A stretch of 63,706 nucleotides of DNA, filler included, from Octopus bimaculoides (taxonomy: Eukaryota), in the NCBI RefSeq assembly GCF_001194135.2. It is 4 parts of 4 records of this genome, joined end to end, with 100 filler letters (N's around TTAATTAATTAA, not from the genome) between each part and the next. Parts side by side here need not be neighbours in the genome. Positions count along the whole stretch, not along the records: positions 27,073 to 48,087 come from NC_069005.1; positions 48,188 to 56,302 come from NC_068989.1; 2 more parts are not named here. One strand, given 5' to 3'. Position 1 is the first letter of the stretch. Each line of letters begins with the position of its first letter. Of the stretch, positions 38,366 to 50,940 are shown in pieces. The position numbers and the translations under genes were made by a program. The notes below the pieces were generated by a model. It was not told where the DNA came from and made no database searches. It was given only the letters and a program-made list of their open reading frames with translations.

Positions 38366-38366
<1 letters not shown>

Positions 38367-38797
38367 TTAATTATCTCTCTCTCGTTTATTCTCCTCTAAC
38401 TCTCTCTGCATCCATTTCTATATAAATCCATATGTCAGCATATCTCTTCAATTCCTATCTCACTCTCATCTCTACTCACTCTCTCTCTCTTTCAACCTCC
38501 TATCTCTCTTGCTCTCTTCCTCTAATAATCTACACTATTATCTTAACAGTACCATTTCCCACAGGACCCCATCTATTCTCAATGATGTTCTCCCTCAGAG
38601 TCAGAGAAAGAGCAGTTTTGTTAAAGATGGCGACCAGCTATAAATCTCCACCTTACTCACAACAGTCATCTCAACAAACACAACTTAAGATGACGTTCTC
38701 TTGTTTGCAGAGATTTCTTTTTATATCGCTCTCTTTCAAGAGCGTTTGTATTTGCGCGAGATGCCTTCGTATTGACATGCACATATACATCTATACA

Positions 38798-38844
<47 letters not shown>

Positions 38845-39068
38845 ATGTGTATGTGTGTATGTGTGTGTATGTGTATGTGCATGTGTGTGTGTGTGTATGA
38901 ATGTATTTATATATTTATGTATGTATTTATGTATGTGTGTGTATACACGCACACATTCACATAATATGTAGACATGTATGCATGTAAGTGTGTCTATCTA
39001 TTTATTCATATTGTTTATACGATTGCATATACATACGTACGCATGTATTTATGTTTCGGTATTTTCAC

Positions 39069-39145
<77 letters not shown>

Positions 39146-39270
39146 CCTACCTACCTACCTATATTTGCATATATATATATATATACATATGTGCATGTAG
39201 CAAGACATACATGTATATATGTATTTAAGTAGTACGTATGTTTTTATGATTATACATGTATATACATATA

Positions 39271-39308
<38 letters not shown>

Positions 39309-39929
39309 GTATACGTATTTGCCTACGCACGTCTCTCTCAGATTTCAACACCAATGCTTTTTCCGCCAGAGTTTTGTAACGGTGATGTAAACAATAAAGA
39401 ATTTCCTGCAAATAGTCAAAGACATCTATGGATGAAACAGTGGAGATGGAATAAGATTGTAATGGAAGGGTGGTGAGGTAGACGGGTGGTGAATGGGTGA
39501 TTGTGGTCACATACTGATAGGCCATGATTGAAAACAGGGTGGGCGGATGTAAGCGCTGGGATAAGAAATATAGCAGCTGAGAATAAGAAGGGATGATTAT
39601 ATAAGATAGTAGTGGTAGTAGTAGTAGTTGGGGTAGGAGAAGAAGAAAAAAGAAGTAGATAGAAGAAGAGAAATAAGAGGAAGAAGAAGACGAAGAAGAC
39701 GCAGAAGACACAGTAGAAGTAGAAGAATAAGACAAAGAAGAAAAGAAGAACGTGAAGAAGAAGAATAGTTGTAGTAGCCCTAGAAGCAAAATGTGAAGAA
39801 GATGAAGAAGGTGAAAAAGAGTACGACAAATAAGAAATAGTAGTAGTAGTAGTAGTAGTAGTAGTAGGAGGAGGAGGAGGAGAAAAAGAAGGTGAAGGAT
39901 GGAAAATTTTACACAGGAGAGTTAGAGTG

Positions 39930-40012
39930 AGAAGAAGAAGAAGAAGAAGAAGAAGAAGAAGAAGAAGAAGAAGAAGAAGAAGAAGAAGAAGAAGAAGAAG
40001 AAGAAGAAGAAG
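39930..40012. repeat. (GAA)n microsatellite within a purine-rich low-complexity tract
   Basis: About 27 GAA units. Confidence 0.95.
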
Positions 40013-40969
40013 ACGAAGAAGAGACGGTGAAGAGGAAGAACACGGAGATGAAAAGGAAGAAGATGAGGAAGAAGGTGAATGAAAGTTAGGAGGAGAAAAA
40101 GGAGAAAGACTTAGTAGTAGTAGAAGTTGAAGAAGATGAAAAGAAGGAAGAAACGATAATTATAGTATAAATAAAATGATGCTGAAATTTATAATGGACG
40201 CAGGGAAGGATACGTAGAAACTATGTAAAAAATATCTATCACTCCCCACCCCGCTCACAAACACATCCACACTCACACAAACAAACAACGACACAAATAC
40301 ATTCAAGGCTTTATTTAGTAAATAAAGTACTCAATAGCAGAGGAGGTAGAGTTAACGATGCAAGTTTATCATCGACAAGTTGAGAGATTTATAATTCTAG
40401 TTCAGTCCTTGTGACCTTTTCAAAGCTAGGAATTTAAATTGGTACCAGAGCTGAAAAATAATGGAACATACAATGAACGAGAAGGAGAATACATAGAAAA
40501 TAGCAGGAGGAAACATGGAAAATATAAGGAGAAAATAGGTAGAGTGAGAGAGAAAGAGAAAATGAAATGGAGAGATTGGATGTTTAGGAACAGAAGATAA
40601 AAAGAAGAGGGGAAGAGAAAAGGGAGATAAATTTAAAGACGTGTGCTATTAGATGTAACAAACAACAAGTTGCTTGGAAGTAGGACTGATAGGCATGGCC
40701 TAGATTGGAAAGTTGGCCTTGAGCAGAGGTTAATAAGATGTCTTCCTAAAGTGAGGGAGCGAACGATAAGGTGAAAGTATAGTTTGACATATTACTGATC
40801 AGAAGGATTATCAAAAACGCTGAAGGAAATAACGAAGAAAATAAACGTCGACGATGATGAGGATAATGATGATGATGCTGATGAGGATAATGATGGAGTG
40901 TATGTTCTCATGAGAAAAAGACGACTTAAGATGTGATTATTTTATGCACGAGAAGGAAATACTCTTTTC

Positions 40970-41170
40970 TGCTGTAGGTAAAAGGCCCAAAATTTTTGGG
41001 GAGGGGTCAGTCGATTAGATCGATCCCACTATGCAACTGGAACTTGATTTATCGACCCTTAAAGGAAAAGTCGACCTCAGTGGAATTTGAACTCAGAACG
41101 TAAAGGTAGACGAAATACCGCTAAGCATTTCGCCCAGCGTCCCTAACCACTCTGGCAGCTGGATGCCTTA
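40970..41170 (-). mobile_element. SINE family A
   Basis: gtaggtaaaaggcccaaaattttt...gaaataccgctaagcatttcgccc. Confidence 0.85.
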
Positions 41171-41269
41171 CGGGAATGAAATATTGTAATAAATTTATAT
41201 AAAATGGTTATGAGAAATTGAGGAAGGTGCAATTTTGAGATTGTGGTATTTCGATTAAATTTGAACTGG

Positions 41270-41400
41270 TCCTCCATTGGTTACGAAGACGAGTGTTCCA
41301 ATCGATCCGATCAGCCTGTTTGTGAAATTGAAGTGCAGGCGGCGGAGAACTCCACAGACATACGTAACCCTCAATTTAGTTCCGTCAGTGTTTCGATAGG
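41270..41400 (-). mobile_element. SINE family B 3' portion (decayed)
   Basis: Reverse complement gtctgtggagttctcc...aatttcacaaacaggctgatcggatcgattggaacactcgtcttcgtaacc matches 11355-11490. Confidence 0.7.
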
Positions 41401-42380
41401 CATCTGTCAGTTGCAAGAACAGGGGTTTCTACACACACGCATGCATACATATACATACACATACATAGAATACTCACTCTCTCTGACTCTCTCACGCACA
41501 CACACGCACACACGCACGCACACACACATATGCACACATACATACACACACACGCACACACACGCACGCTCACACACAAAGACACGCGCACACACATACA
41601 CACATGTATTCTTTTATTCGTTTACTTGTTTCAGTCATGTGACTGCGGCCATGCTGATTTTTATTTCGTATTTTGCAATTAATAAAGATTGCAGACTAAA
41701 TCTTGTCGTTCTTTTTTGTTGTTGCTGTTGCTGACTTTTATATAGAATAGAAGTTCTATCAACAAATATTCTCCAATCTCTAATTCCGTTCCATGTCTTT
41801 TGCATAATAAACTACTCCAATTGGCTCTCTTCATTCTAAATGCATAGCCAACCGACAAGAAATTATATGGACCAACAACGAAACATTACAGACTCTAGTT
41901 TATATCCTCACAGTCTCTCTATTATCTTCATACATAACAACTAGACCATTTCCTTCTAGTTTCAACCATTAATTGAGCTTCAAGAACTCAATAGGATCGT
42001 TTGCAATTCTATATATTCCTGAACAGGTTTCTTCACCGTTTTCCTATAATTTTCTCTAATGGCCTGATATGTTTCGATTACTTTTCTAATAATTCTTTCT
42101 GCGGTTAGTCAATGCTACAGACACCATAACGTAATTTCATTCTCCTAGTGTCTATTGACAACGAATTGTGTCCCATGAAAAACTTTTGGCTCGAGTTGCA
42201 TAACCGGAAGTCTTTTCGTAAACGTTAAGGGTTGTTAAAACATCACCTCTGTCTGATGGTCTGTTTGATGGTCTGTCTGATGATCTGTCTGATGATCTGT
42301 CTGATGTTTTTTGTCTGATGACCATTTTGGTCTTTCTAAACTATGAAAGTTCAAGTGACAATGTGCTGTCTGTAACGGAC

Positions 42381-42473
<93 letters not shown>

Positions 42474-43214
42474 TTGTGTGTGTGTGTGGGTGTGTGTGTG
42501 TGTGTCTGTGTGTCTTTGTTTTGTGTGTGTGTCTGTCTGTCAGTGTGTATAATGTTGTTTTGGCTCGCGTATGCCGAGTCTGCATGTATGTTTGTACATA
42601 CATACAAACATACATGCATACATACATATACATGTATATGAATATATGTACTTAAATGCTTACATAAATACACACACACACACACACACACAGAGACACA
42701 ACACAAGTTTACGAACCTTTTATGAAAGGAAGTGATAATACTGAGAAGAACGGTAAATGCAAAGAAGCGAAGACAGTATTTGTGGTTGGTATGGGGGAGG
42801 TACTTGTGTAGGGGTGGCTTGTATAGGGGTGGCTGGTATAGGGTGGAGGTTAGAGGAGATTGAGAAAAAAACATACCCGCAAAACAAAACCCCCCAAAAA
42901 ACTATAAAACTCGCAAAAGGGTTGGATATTTGAAGAAATGATAAAAAAATAAATAAATGTTAGTAATTTGAAGAAATCTTTCTAAGAAAGAGAGAAATAT
43001 CTTTCAGTGAAAAGAGAAAAATAAACACGAAATCACAAAAGAATTGAAGAAAAGAAAGAAAGAAAATATTCTAGAAAAAAATACGAAAGAATTAAACCAG
43101 AAAAAATAGAAAAAGTGATTATTGATAAGGTTCGATAATAATAAAAAAAACAAAACAAAAAAAAAACAATATATAAAGANNNNNNNNNNAGAAAATAATA
43201 ATAATAATAATAGT

Positions 43215-43288
<74 letters not shown>

Positions 43289-43515
43289 CAACAACAACAT
43301 CGACGAATAATTATGATAGATGAAGTTGTTGCTGTTATTGTTCCTGTTGTTTATTTCTGACAAGGACCAGCGACGACGACCGCGGACTTTCTTCGTTGTT
43401 TTGGCTCTCGAATATCGCATTCATATGTATGTATGTGTGTGTGTATGTATGTATGTATGTATGTATGTATGTATGTATGTGTGTTTGTGTATGTGTGTAT
43501 GTATGCTTGTCTGTA

Positions 43516-43568
<53 letters not shown>

Positions 43569-43919
43569 ATTTATGTATGTATGAATTCGTATCAGGTATG
43601 TATACACACACATACATACATACATATATATATATATANNNNNNNNNNNNNNNNNNNNNNNNNNNNNNNNNNNNNNNNNNNNNNNNNNNNNNNNNNNNNN
43701 NNNNNNNNNNNNNNNNNNNNNNNNNNNNNNNNNNNNNNNNNNNNNNNNNNNNNNNNNNNNNNNNNNNNNNNNNNNNNNNNNNATATATACGCTTACATAT
43801 ATACGTATATATTCATACGTATATAAACATACGTACTTACACAGACATACACCCACATTTATATGCATGTACGCATTATATACACTCATTTTCATATTTG
43901 TGTAAATTATATATATTAC

Positions 43920-43973
<54 letters not shown>

Positions 43974-44590
43974 ACATACATACATACATACATACATACA
44001 TACATACATGCATTCATACACATACATATATATGTATCCTACGAACACAAATACACATATATGTGGCTAAAACTTTAATATAAGCCATATATATTATTAT
44101 AGATTTATAAACCAGCAATTTGAAAAACAAGCCCCCCCACCAGACGTCGATTCACATTATCCTGTCAAACAAGAGACCCATTCTTCGATTTCCGTCGATG
44201 CTTATTCTGTCTATTGTTTCTTCAGATATCTCATTCTCTAATTCTGTGATAGTCTACGGACGTAACTCTTTTCAAAGTATGGAACCACAACGTTGACATA
44301 ATCTGTTGTACGTTGGGTACTTCAAAAACTCGGAGTATTTTTAAAAACAATTATTGAAATGTATGGTCCAAATTGTTCGAACCTTGGTAGCATCGCTTTC
44401 TCATATTTACTCTCGCTATTTATGTTCTGGGTTCATATCTCGCTCAGGTCAGCTTTTGAAATAAAGTACGAGTCAAATACTAGAGTCAGGCTTAAATTGA
44501 AGAATGTTTCAATTTACTTGCGCAGATTATTATATTTATTTTATTTTTTTACAAGGATAAGATTCAGAGTCATTTGGAAACCTTCGTCAG

Positions 44591-44668
<78 letters not shown>

Positions 44669-45288
44669 CTGACTGATAAATTTCTCTTTAGATTCAAACT
44701 AAGGCGGCCATCGTACATTGTTTGCTTGGACTGTAGGTCCAACACCAAGCAATCGGCATTTTCTCTGATTAAGAAAAGAAGAATATAGCCCAACGTATTT
44801 AGATTGTGAGATCTTCAGAAACAGCGCTGTACCATAGCAGAATAACATAGATATATTACGGCTTTGATTTCGTTCCATAGTTATGTTTCTTGACGTAAAC
44901 ATAAATAATAACATAGTCAACAATCCTCCAGTCAGAGAAGCTAACAAGTGTTTAACAAAGAATATAAGATTCAAAGATGTTTCTTCCCAAGACTGCACCT
45001 TCAGTGGTTCCTTTGTGATCTTTACACCAACTGAAGAATCAAAAAAACTTCTGAAAAACATATCATATCAAAACAAATTTTGTATTTCGTGGTTCTTTAT
45101 AGACTTCCAACAGTTATTTGAAGAATAATATCCGCCGATTCTTCAGTAATTATTTATTCCAAGTTGCATTTACTCTCTGCTGTTACTCTGAGTTTCCGTG
45201 TTTTTCGTAGAGATTCTAAGAACCGTACACATATACGCGCATATTTGTTTGTACACACGCAGACACACAGACTTGCGCAGACCACCAA

Positions 45289-45322
<34 letters not shown>

Positions 45323-46150
45323 TGTGTATTTGCTCAAATACAGCGTGACCATAAATCCAGTGTGAGCCATATTATATCACTCCTCCATTTTGTTTCCCAA
45401 ATACATTTTATCCCTACATATATTTTCATACTCATGTATAATGCTGCTCCCCTTCCCGCTATTTTGTTTCTGACATTTTCTATTAAATTTCTCGCGTTGT
45501 ACACGAGTGAGATTCTCTTCTCCACCATGTTCATATATATATATAATCAATTAATATTGACAGCGGTTTGCAATGCTTACCATAAAGAAAAACCATAAAC
45601 GTCACTAAATATGACTAGGGTTTTAAAAAAAAACCTACATTGCTAGAAATAAGAGCTAAAATACATAAATATATAGATATATATAAAATATTTATGATGG
45701 TAGTCTGTGGTTTGAGATTCCATCTAGCTATTATTTCTAGCGAATTTATTACACGCAGCTGGAGGCTCGCACGTTGGCCAATAAGAACAACCTAAAAGAT
45801 AGCGATATAAGAAATGAGAGGAGAAGTTTACAGAATCTCTGAGCCTGTTGTGTTTGTATTTAATCAGTGGAAACTATTGGAAGATAGCGAATAGCTGGGA
45901 AAGATCTAAATGGTTAAATCTATATCGATGTTGGCATCTTGGCGGTCCCTCAAGTCACATTAGCGGAACAGTTGATGGAAGGGCTTGATGGAGTTTATGT
46001 GACATCCATTGTTGCATGCACAACCCGCATGCACTTATAAACTCACACCTGCATCCATATAAACACTCTCACACGAGCACAAACACACACGTACAAACAA
46101 GCAAGCACACACACACACATACACACACACGCGCATACACACACACACGC

Positions 46151-46186
<36 letters not shown>

Positions 46187-47304
46187 NNNNNNNNNNNNNN
46201 NNNNNNNNNNNNNNNNNNNNNNNNNNNNNNNNNNNNNNNNNNNNNNNNNNNNNNNNNNNNNNNNNNNNNNNNNNNNNNNNNNNNNNNNNNNNNNNNNNNN
46301 NNNNNNNNNNNNNNNNNNNNNNNNNNNNNNNNNNNNNNNNNNNNNNNNNNNNNNNNNNNNNNNNNNNNNNNNNNNNNNNNNNNNNNNNNNNNNNNNNNNN
46401 NNNNNNNNNNNNNNNNNNNNNNNNNNNNNNNNNNNNNNNNNNNNNNNNNNNNNNNNNNNNNNNNNNNNNNNNNNNNNNNNNNNNNNNNNNNNNNNNNNNN
46501 NNNNNNNNNNNNNNNNNNNNNNNNNNNNNNNNNNNNNNNNNNNNNNNNNNNNNNNNNNNNNNNNNNNNNNNNNNNNNNNNNNNNNNNNNNNNNNNNNNNN
46601 NNNNNNNNNNNNNNNNNNNNNNNNNNNNNNNNNNNNNNNNNNNNNNNNNNNNNNNNNNNNNNNNNNNNNNNNNNNNNNNNNNNNNNNNNNNNNNNNNNNN
46701 NNNNNNNNNNNNNNNNNNNNNNNNNNNNNNNNNNNNNNNNNNNNNNNNNNNNNNNNNNNNNNNNNNNNNNNNNNNNNNNNNNNNNNNNNNNNNNNNNNNN
46801 NNNNNNNNNNNNNNNNNNNNNNNNNNNNNNNNNNNNNNNNNNNNNNNNNNNNNNNNNNNNNNNNNNNNNNNNNNNNNNNNNNNNNNNNNNNNNNNNNNNN
46901 NNNNNNNNNNNNNNNNNNNNNNNNNNNNNNNNNNNNNNNNNNNNNNNNNNNNNNNNNNNNNNNNNNNNNNNNNNNNNNNNNNNNNNNNNNNNNNNNNNNN
47001 NNNNNNNNNNNNNNNNNNNNNNNNNNNNNNNNNNNNNNNNNNNNNNNNNNNNNNNNNNNNNNNNNNNNNNNNNNNNNNNNNNNNNNNNNNNNNNNNNNNN
47101 NNNNNNNNNNNNNNNNNNNNNNNNNNNNNNNNNNNNNNNNNNNNNNNNNNNNNNNNNNNNNNNNNNNNNNNNNNNNATATATATATATATATATATACAC
47201 ACATAAATACATGCATACATACACACACATGCACACACACATATACATATATACATATACACACATTGCAGCATTTTTTTCGATTCCGTTAAATCTCTTA
47301 TTAC

Positions 47305-47386
47305 ATGAATTTTGAACAAAGAATTTTACTAACAGTCATTTTTATCTTTTCTTTCTTTTTCTTGCTCTCTTCATTGGATCATTCAG
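47305..47386 (+). CDS. Candidate first coding exon of an unidentified secreted or membrane protein
   Basis: ATG 47305 to a perfect donor CAG|GTAAGT (phase 1) gives MNFEQRILLTVIFIFSFFFLLSSLDHS, with an n/h/c signal-peptide pattern. Confidence 0.45.
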
Positions 47387-47661
47387 GTAAGTGATACGTA
47401 CACATACTCCCCACCATTTATATATATGTCTACCATTCGTTTCATATATATACGTATGTTTGTATATGTTTTCTTTAAAGGACGCATGGTCATCCTCTTA
47501 TCCCAGCGGAATGCCAACTTGTTTGTTGTCTGTCATTCTACTCATAAAGCATATTTTCAGTTGACCTGGTACCCATCACACCCGCTTAACAGTCATTAGT
47601 AAATGCTATCGTATAAGAAATATATACATACGCGCGCGCACACACACACACNNNNNNNNNN

Positions 47662-47704
<43 letters not shown>

Positions 47705-48046
47705 ATGTACAGTTGCACGGACACATACGTATGAATATAGAAGTATGCTGCACAGGTCATGTTGATTTGGTCATTAAGTTTTGCCTGACGACTTCTTCGA
47801 TCAACGAAGGAAAAATTTCACTTCTGGCGTAGGAAATCCCATTGACGGTCTTCATTAAAGACAAGTCAGTGACCAGGTAGCAATCTAGAGTGTGGAATAC
47901 TTCATTAGTAAATGTTTCGTTGCTATTCTTTGAGTTGTTTACAAATAATAACTTCAGTGTGGAGATTATATTTGTGCATAACGCATATATACACTCGCAT
48001 CCACATTGTTGCTTATACAAAAATATATTTTATTCATATATATATA

Positions 48047-48087
<41 letters not shown>

Positions 48088-48187
48088 NNNNNNNNNNNNN
48101 NNNNNNNNNNNNNNNNNNNNNNNNNNNNNNNTTAATTAATTAANNNNNNNNNNNNNNNNNNNNNNNNNNNNNNNNNNNNNNNNNNNN

Positions 48188-48245
<58 letters not shown>

Positions 48246-49385
48246 GTGTATAATAGAAGCTAGGAATCAAAGATAAACGGTAATGATCGGGGTAACAAGA
48301 GGTGGTGTGTAAATTAATAGGGAAGTGCACAATAATTATAGTGATGGGATCGGATAAATTCGCTGTTGATAATTTGCGTTTCTCGTATATACAAGGGAAT
48401 GAAAAATCCGACAGCCGGCCGAGAGAGAAGGAAAAAAAATACATGGAACAATATATATGAATGTATGTATATATATATATATATATATATACATATATAT
48501 ACAGACACACAAGTATGTGTATATGTATATATAGGTATATGTTATGTATATGTACAGTTCAGCACTATGTAGTAGTACTAGAGATCAATAGAACAGAAAA
48601 GAATTGATTCAGAAGGTAGAAAGGAGAGAGAGAGAGAGAGGTTTCTGGTGGTGATGTGGGTTATTGCATTGACAACTTTCAAATAGTAGGGATTTCGTAT
48701 AATTTTTTTTTCTTCTTCCCATATACGTTGCATCAAAGATATTCTAAACTCCCAAAACTTTGAAGCTATCATAAGCTCCATCAATATTCGTTTTGATTTT
48801 CGCAATCCCGAACATATAATGTTCAGTTTTGTAAATTTTCACTTAGCAAATGATTACATGATTGTATAAATCCGATATATTAGAATTGTTATATGCTTCT
48901 AATTCGTTATATGCTTCTAATTCGTTACTCGTAAACTACTCATATAAAGAAAGATTTTGGTGTGTGTATGTTTATGCGTGTTCATAGGTGTGTGTATATA
49001 TTCCTCTCCCGTATCTACGTATTTGTCTATTTCTCTTCCTCTCTATCTCGCTTTATCTTTATATATAGTATACTTACATATACATTATATGTATATACAC
49101 TATGTAGGTATGTAATAATGTAGGAATAAACATACCCACTCACATTAAACCTTACATACACATACACACACACACGCACGCAGGCGCACAAACAAGTAAA
49201 CGAACAAATAAACATGCAAATATTATACCATTCGACCTCAAATTGCTTTGCAGAATTGTATAATATTAACTTTATTCTCCTTACCATTATCAGATCGGAC
49301 ACTTTATGGAACATGTGTTTTTGTATACATACATACATACGAATATACATGCATGCATACATACATATAAATCTATATCTATATC

Positions 49386-49437
<52 letters not shown>

Positions 49438-49589
49438 GACAAACGAAAGAAATGAGCACTCGAGACATTTAGTAAGAGTTACGTGTATTATATAAAACAG
49501 TTTGATACGGTTCCATGTAACTTAAAATTTCGCAGGTCTCTAACAGAAGCCCGTCTCTCTCAGGTTTTGGATTGCAATTTGGACACGGC

Positions 49590-50940
49590 AATTCAAAGCC
49601 TGAAAGAAATAGACTACAAGGAGAAAAGTTTTGGTGACTGAAATGTATCCAGGTATATGCGGTCTGTCTCTTGAAGAAAACTGTGATGTGTCGCTTCAAG
49701 GTGATGGGATCTTTGTTTTCTTTGATTTGTATTGGGATTTTGTTAAGCAGAGCAGGGCCTGCTCAAGAAAGGATATTGTGTTGCAGAGAATTCTTATGTG
49801 CTGTGAGACTGAGTTGCGAAGTACGGCATGTGCCTCCTGTCTTGAATGAATTCTGAAACTGATGTAAAGGTCGCTTGAGTTTAATATTCTCTACATCATG
49901 CAAATGATGTAGTGTCCACGGTGGCGCTGGAGAAAATAAATTTCCAAGGATTTAAGTCTGTCCCAATAATCGGTAGTAATATTTTAGCTAGGGCCGTATA
50001 AAGGAGGAGAAAAGAGGGGTCGATGACATTTTGCTTTCGGGACCAAGAAGTCCTGATGATCCAGGAGCTGATCGTGCTAGCGATATCGACTTAATTGTTG
50101 ATGTGTGTACTCTAACCGAGATAGTTGTCAACAATTACCTCTAAGTCCCTGATATTATTGGCTGAATAGTTCCATGAATGAAGAGAGTATGGTGGTTTCG
50201 GTGAATTCTTTTTTCCAAAGTGCATGAATTCAACTGTTCCCTCATTTAACTGCAAGTTATTTTTGTCCACCCTATGGCTTACAGCATGTAGATCAGATTG
50301 GAGTTCATTTTGGTCTTGATAATTTTCTGGGGCTCAGAGTCAACTGCGAATATTTTTATTTTGATGTATTTGATGACGCTCGAAATGTCATTTATATAGA
50401 CTATAAATGAAAGGGAAACCACATCAGTCTCGTGGATGAGACTACTTGCTGGGAATGAGTAGATTCCACCGATCAAAACATCTTGTGCTCTGTTCACCAG
50501 GAAATACTTAATCCAGTATAGGAGTTTACCACGGATTCCAGCATTGGATAAATTTAAGAGGAGGATATTGTGGTCAACTCCGTCGAAGACTCTGTTGAAT
50601 TCAGGATAAATCACATAAAATGTCGAACCTGATCTCAAAGCTTTAAGCACATCATCGATGTGACATAAAAGCTGTGTTAGACATTCCTTGTCACAGCGAA
50701 AGCAATGTTTGTGGTTCTGTAGGAATCCATTTATACATGATCTCACCACCCTGTCACAGAGTTTGCTGATATGGGAGCTGAGTGACATTAGACGATACTT
50801 AACTCTATAAGACCTGTTTCTTTTCTGCAGACCGAGATGACAGGTTGGGATGTGAGCTATTACGGTATATAGCCCAAGTATAAAAAATTTCTCCAGAAGT
50901 TGGTTACAGGGGTTACAAGTTGGTGTTGTTTTCCTTCAGG
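49590..50940 (-). mobile_element. CR1/Jockey-group LINE, decayed RT and 3' end
   Basis: SLSSHISKLCDRVV...CLTQLL...RVFDGVDHNILL...GIRGKLLYWIKYFL...FIVYIND...KIFAVDS. C-terminal remnants include GPALLNKIP and DRPHIPGY. Confidence 0.85.

Noticed and set aside
39330-39405. Protein-like minus-strand segment EILYCLHHRYKTLAEKALVLKSERD after a TTTGCAG acceptor
   Set aside because: Weak donor, no partner exons with compatible phase, and no recognisable family.
41243-41734. 163-aa plus-strand ORF
   Set aside because: It is the antisense of a SINE B tail followed by CA microsatellite.
44593-45128. Several 66-120 aa ORFs on both strands
   Set aside because: No motif recognised, and splice phases between the candidate exons are inconsistent.
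47757-48020. 87-aa minus-strand ORF with fairly normal composition
   Set aside because: It starts in a TA/CA-rich tract and has no convincing splice sites or recognisable domain.
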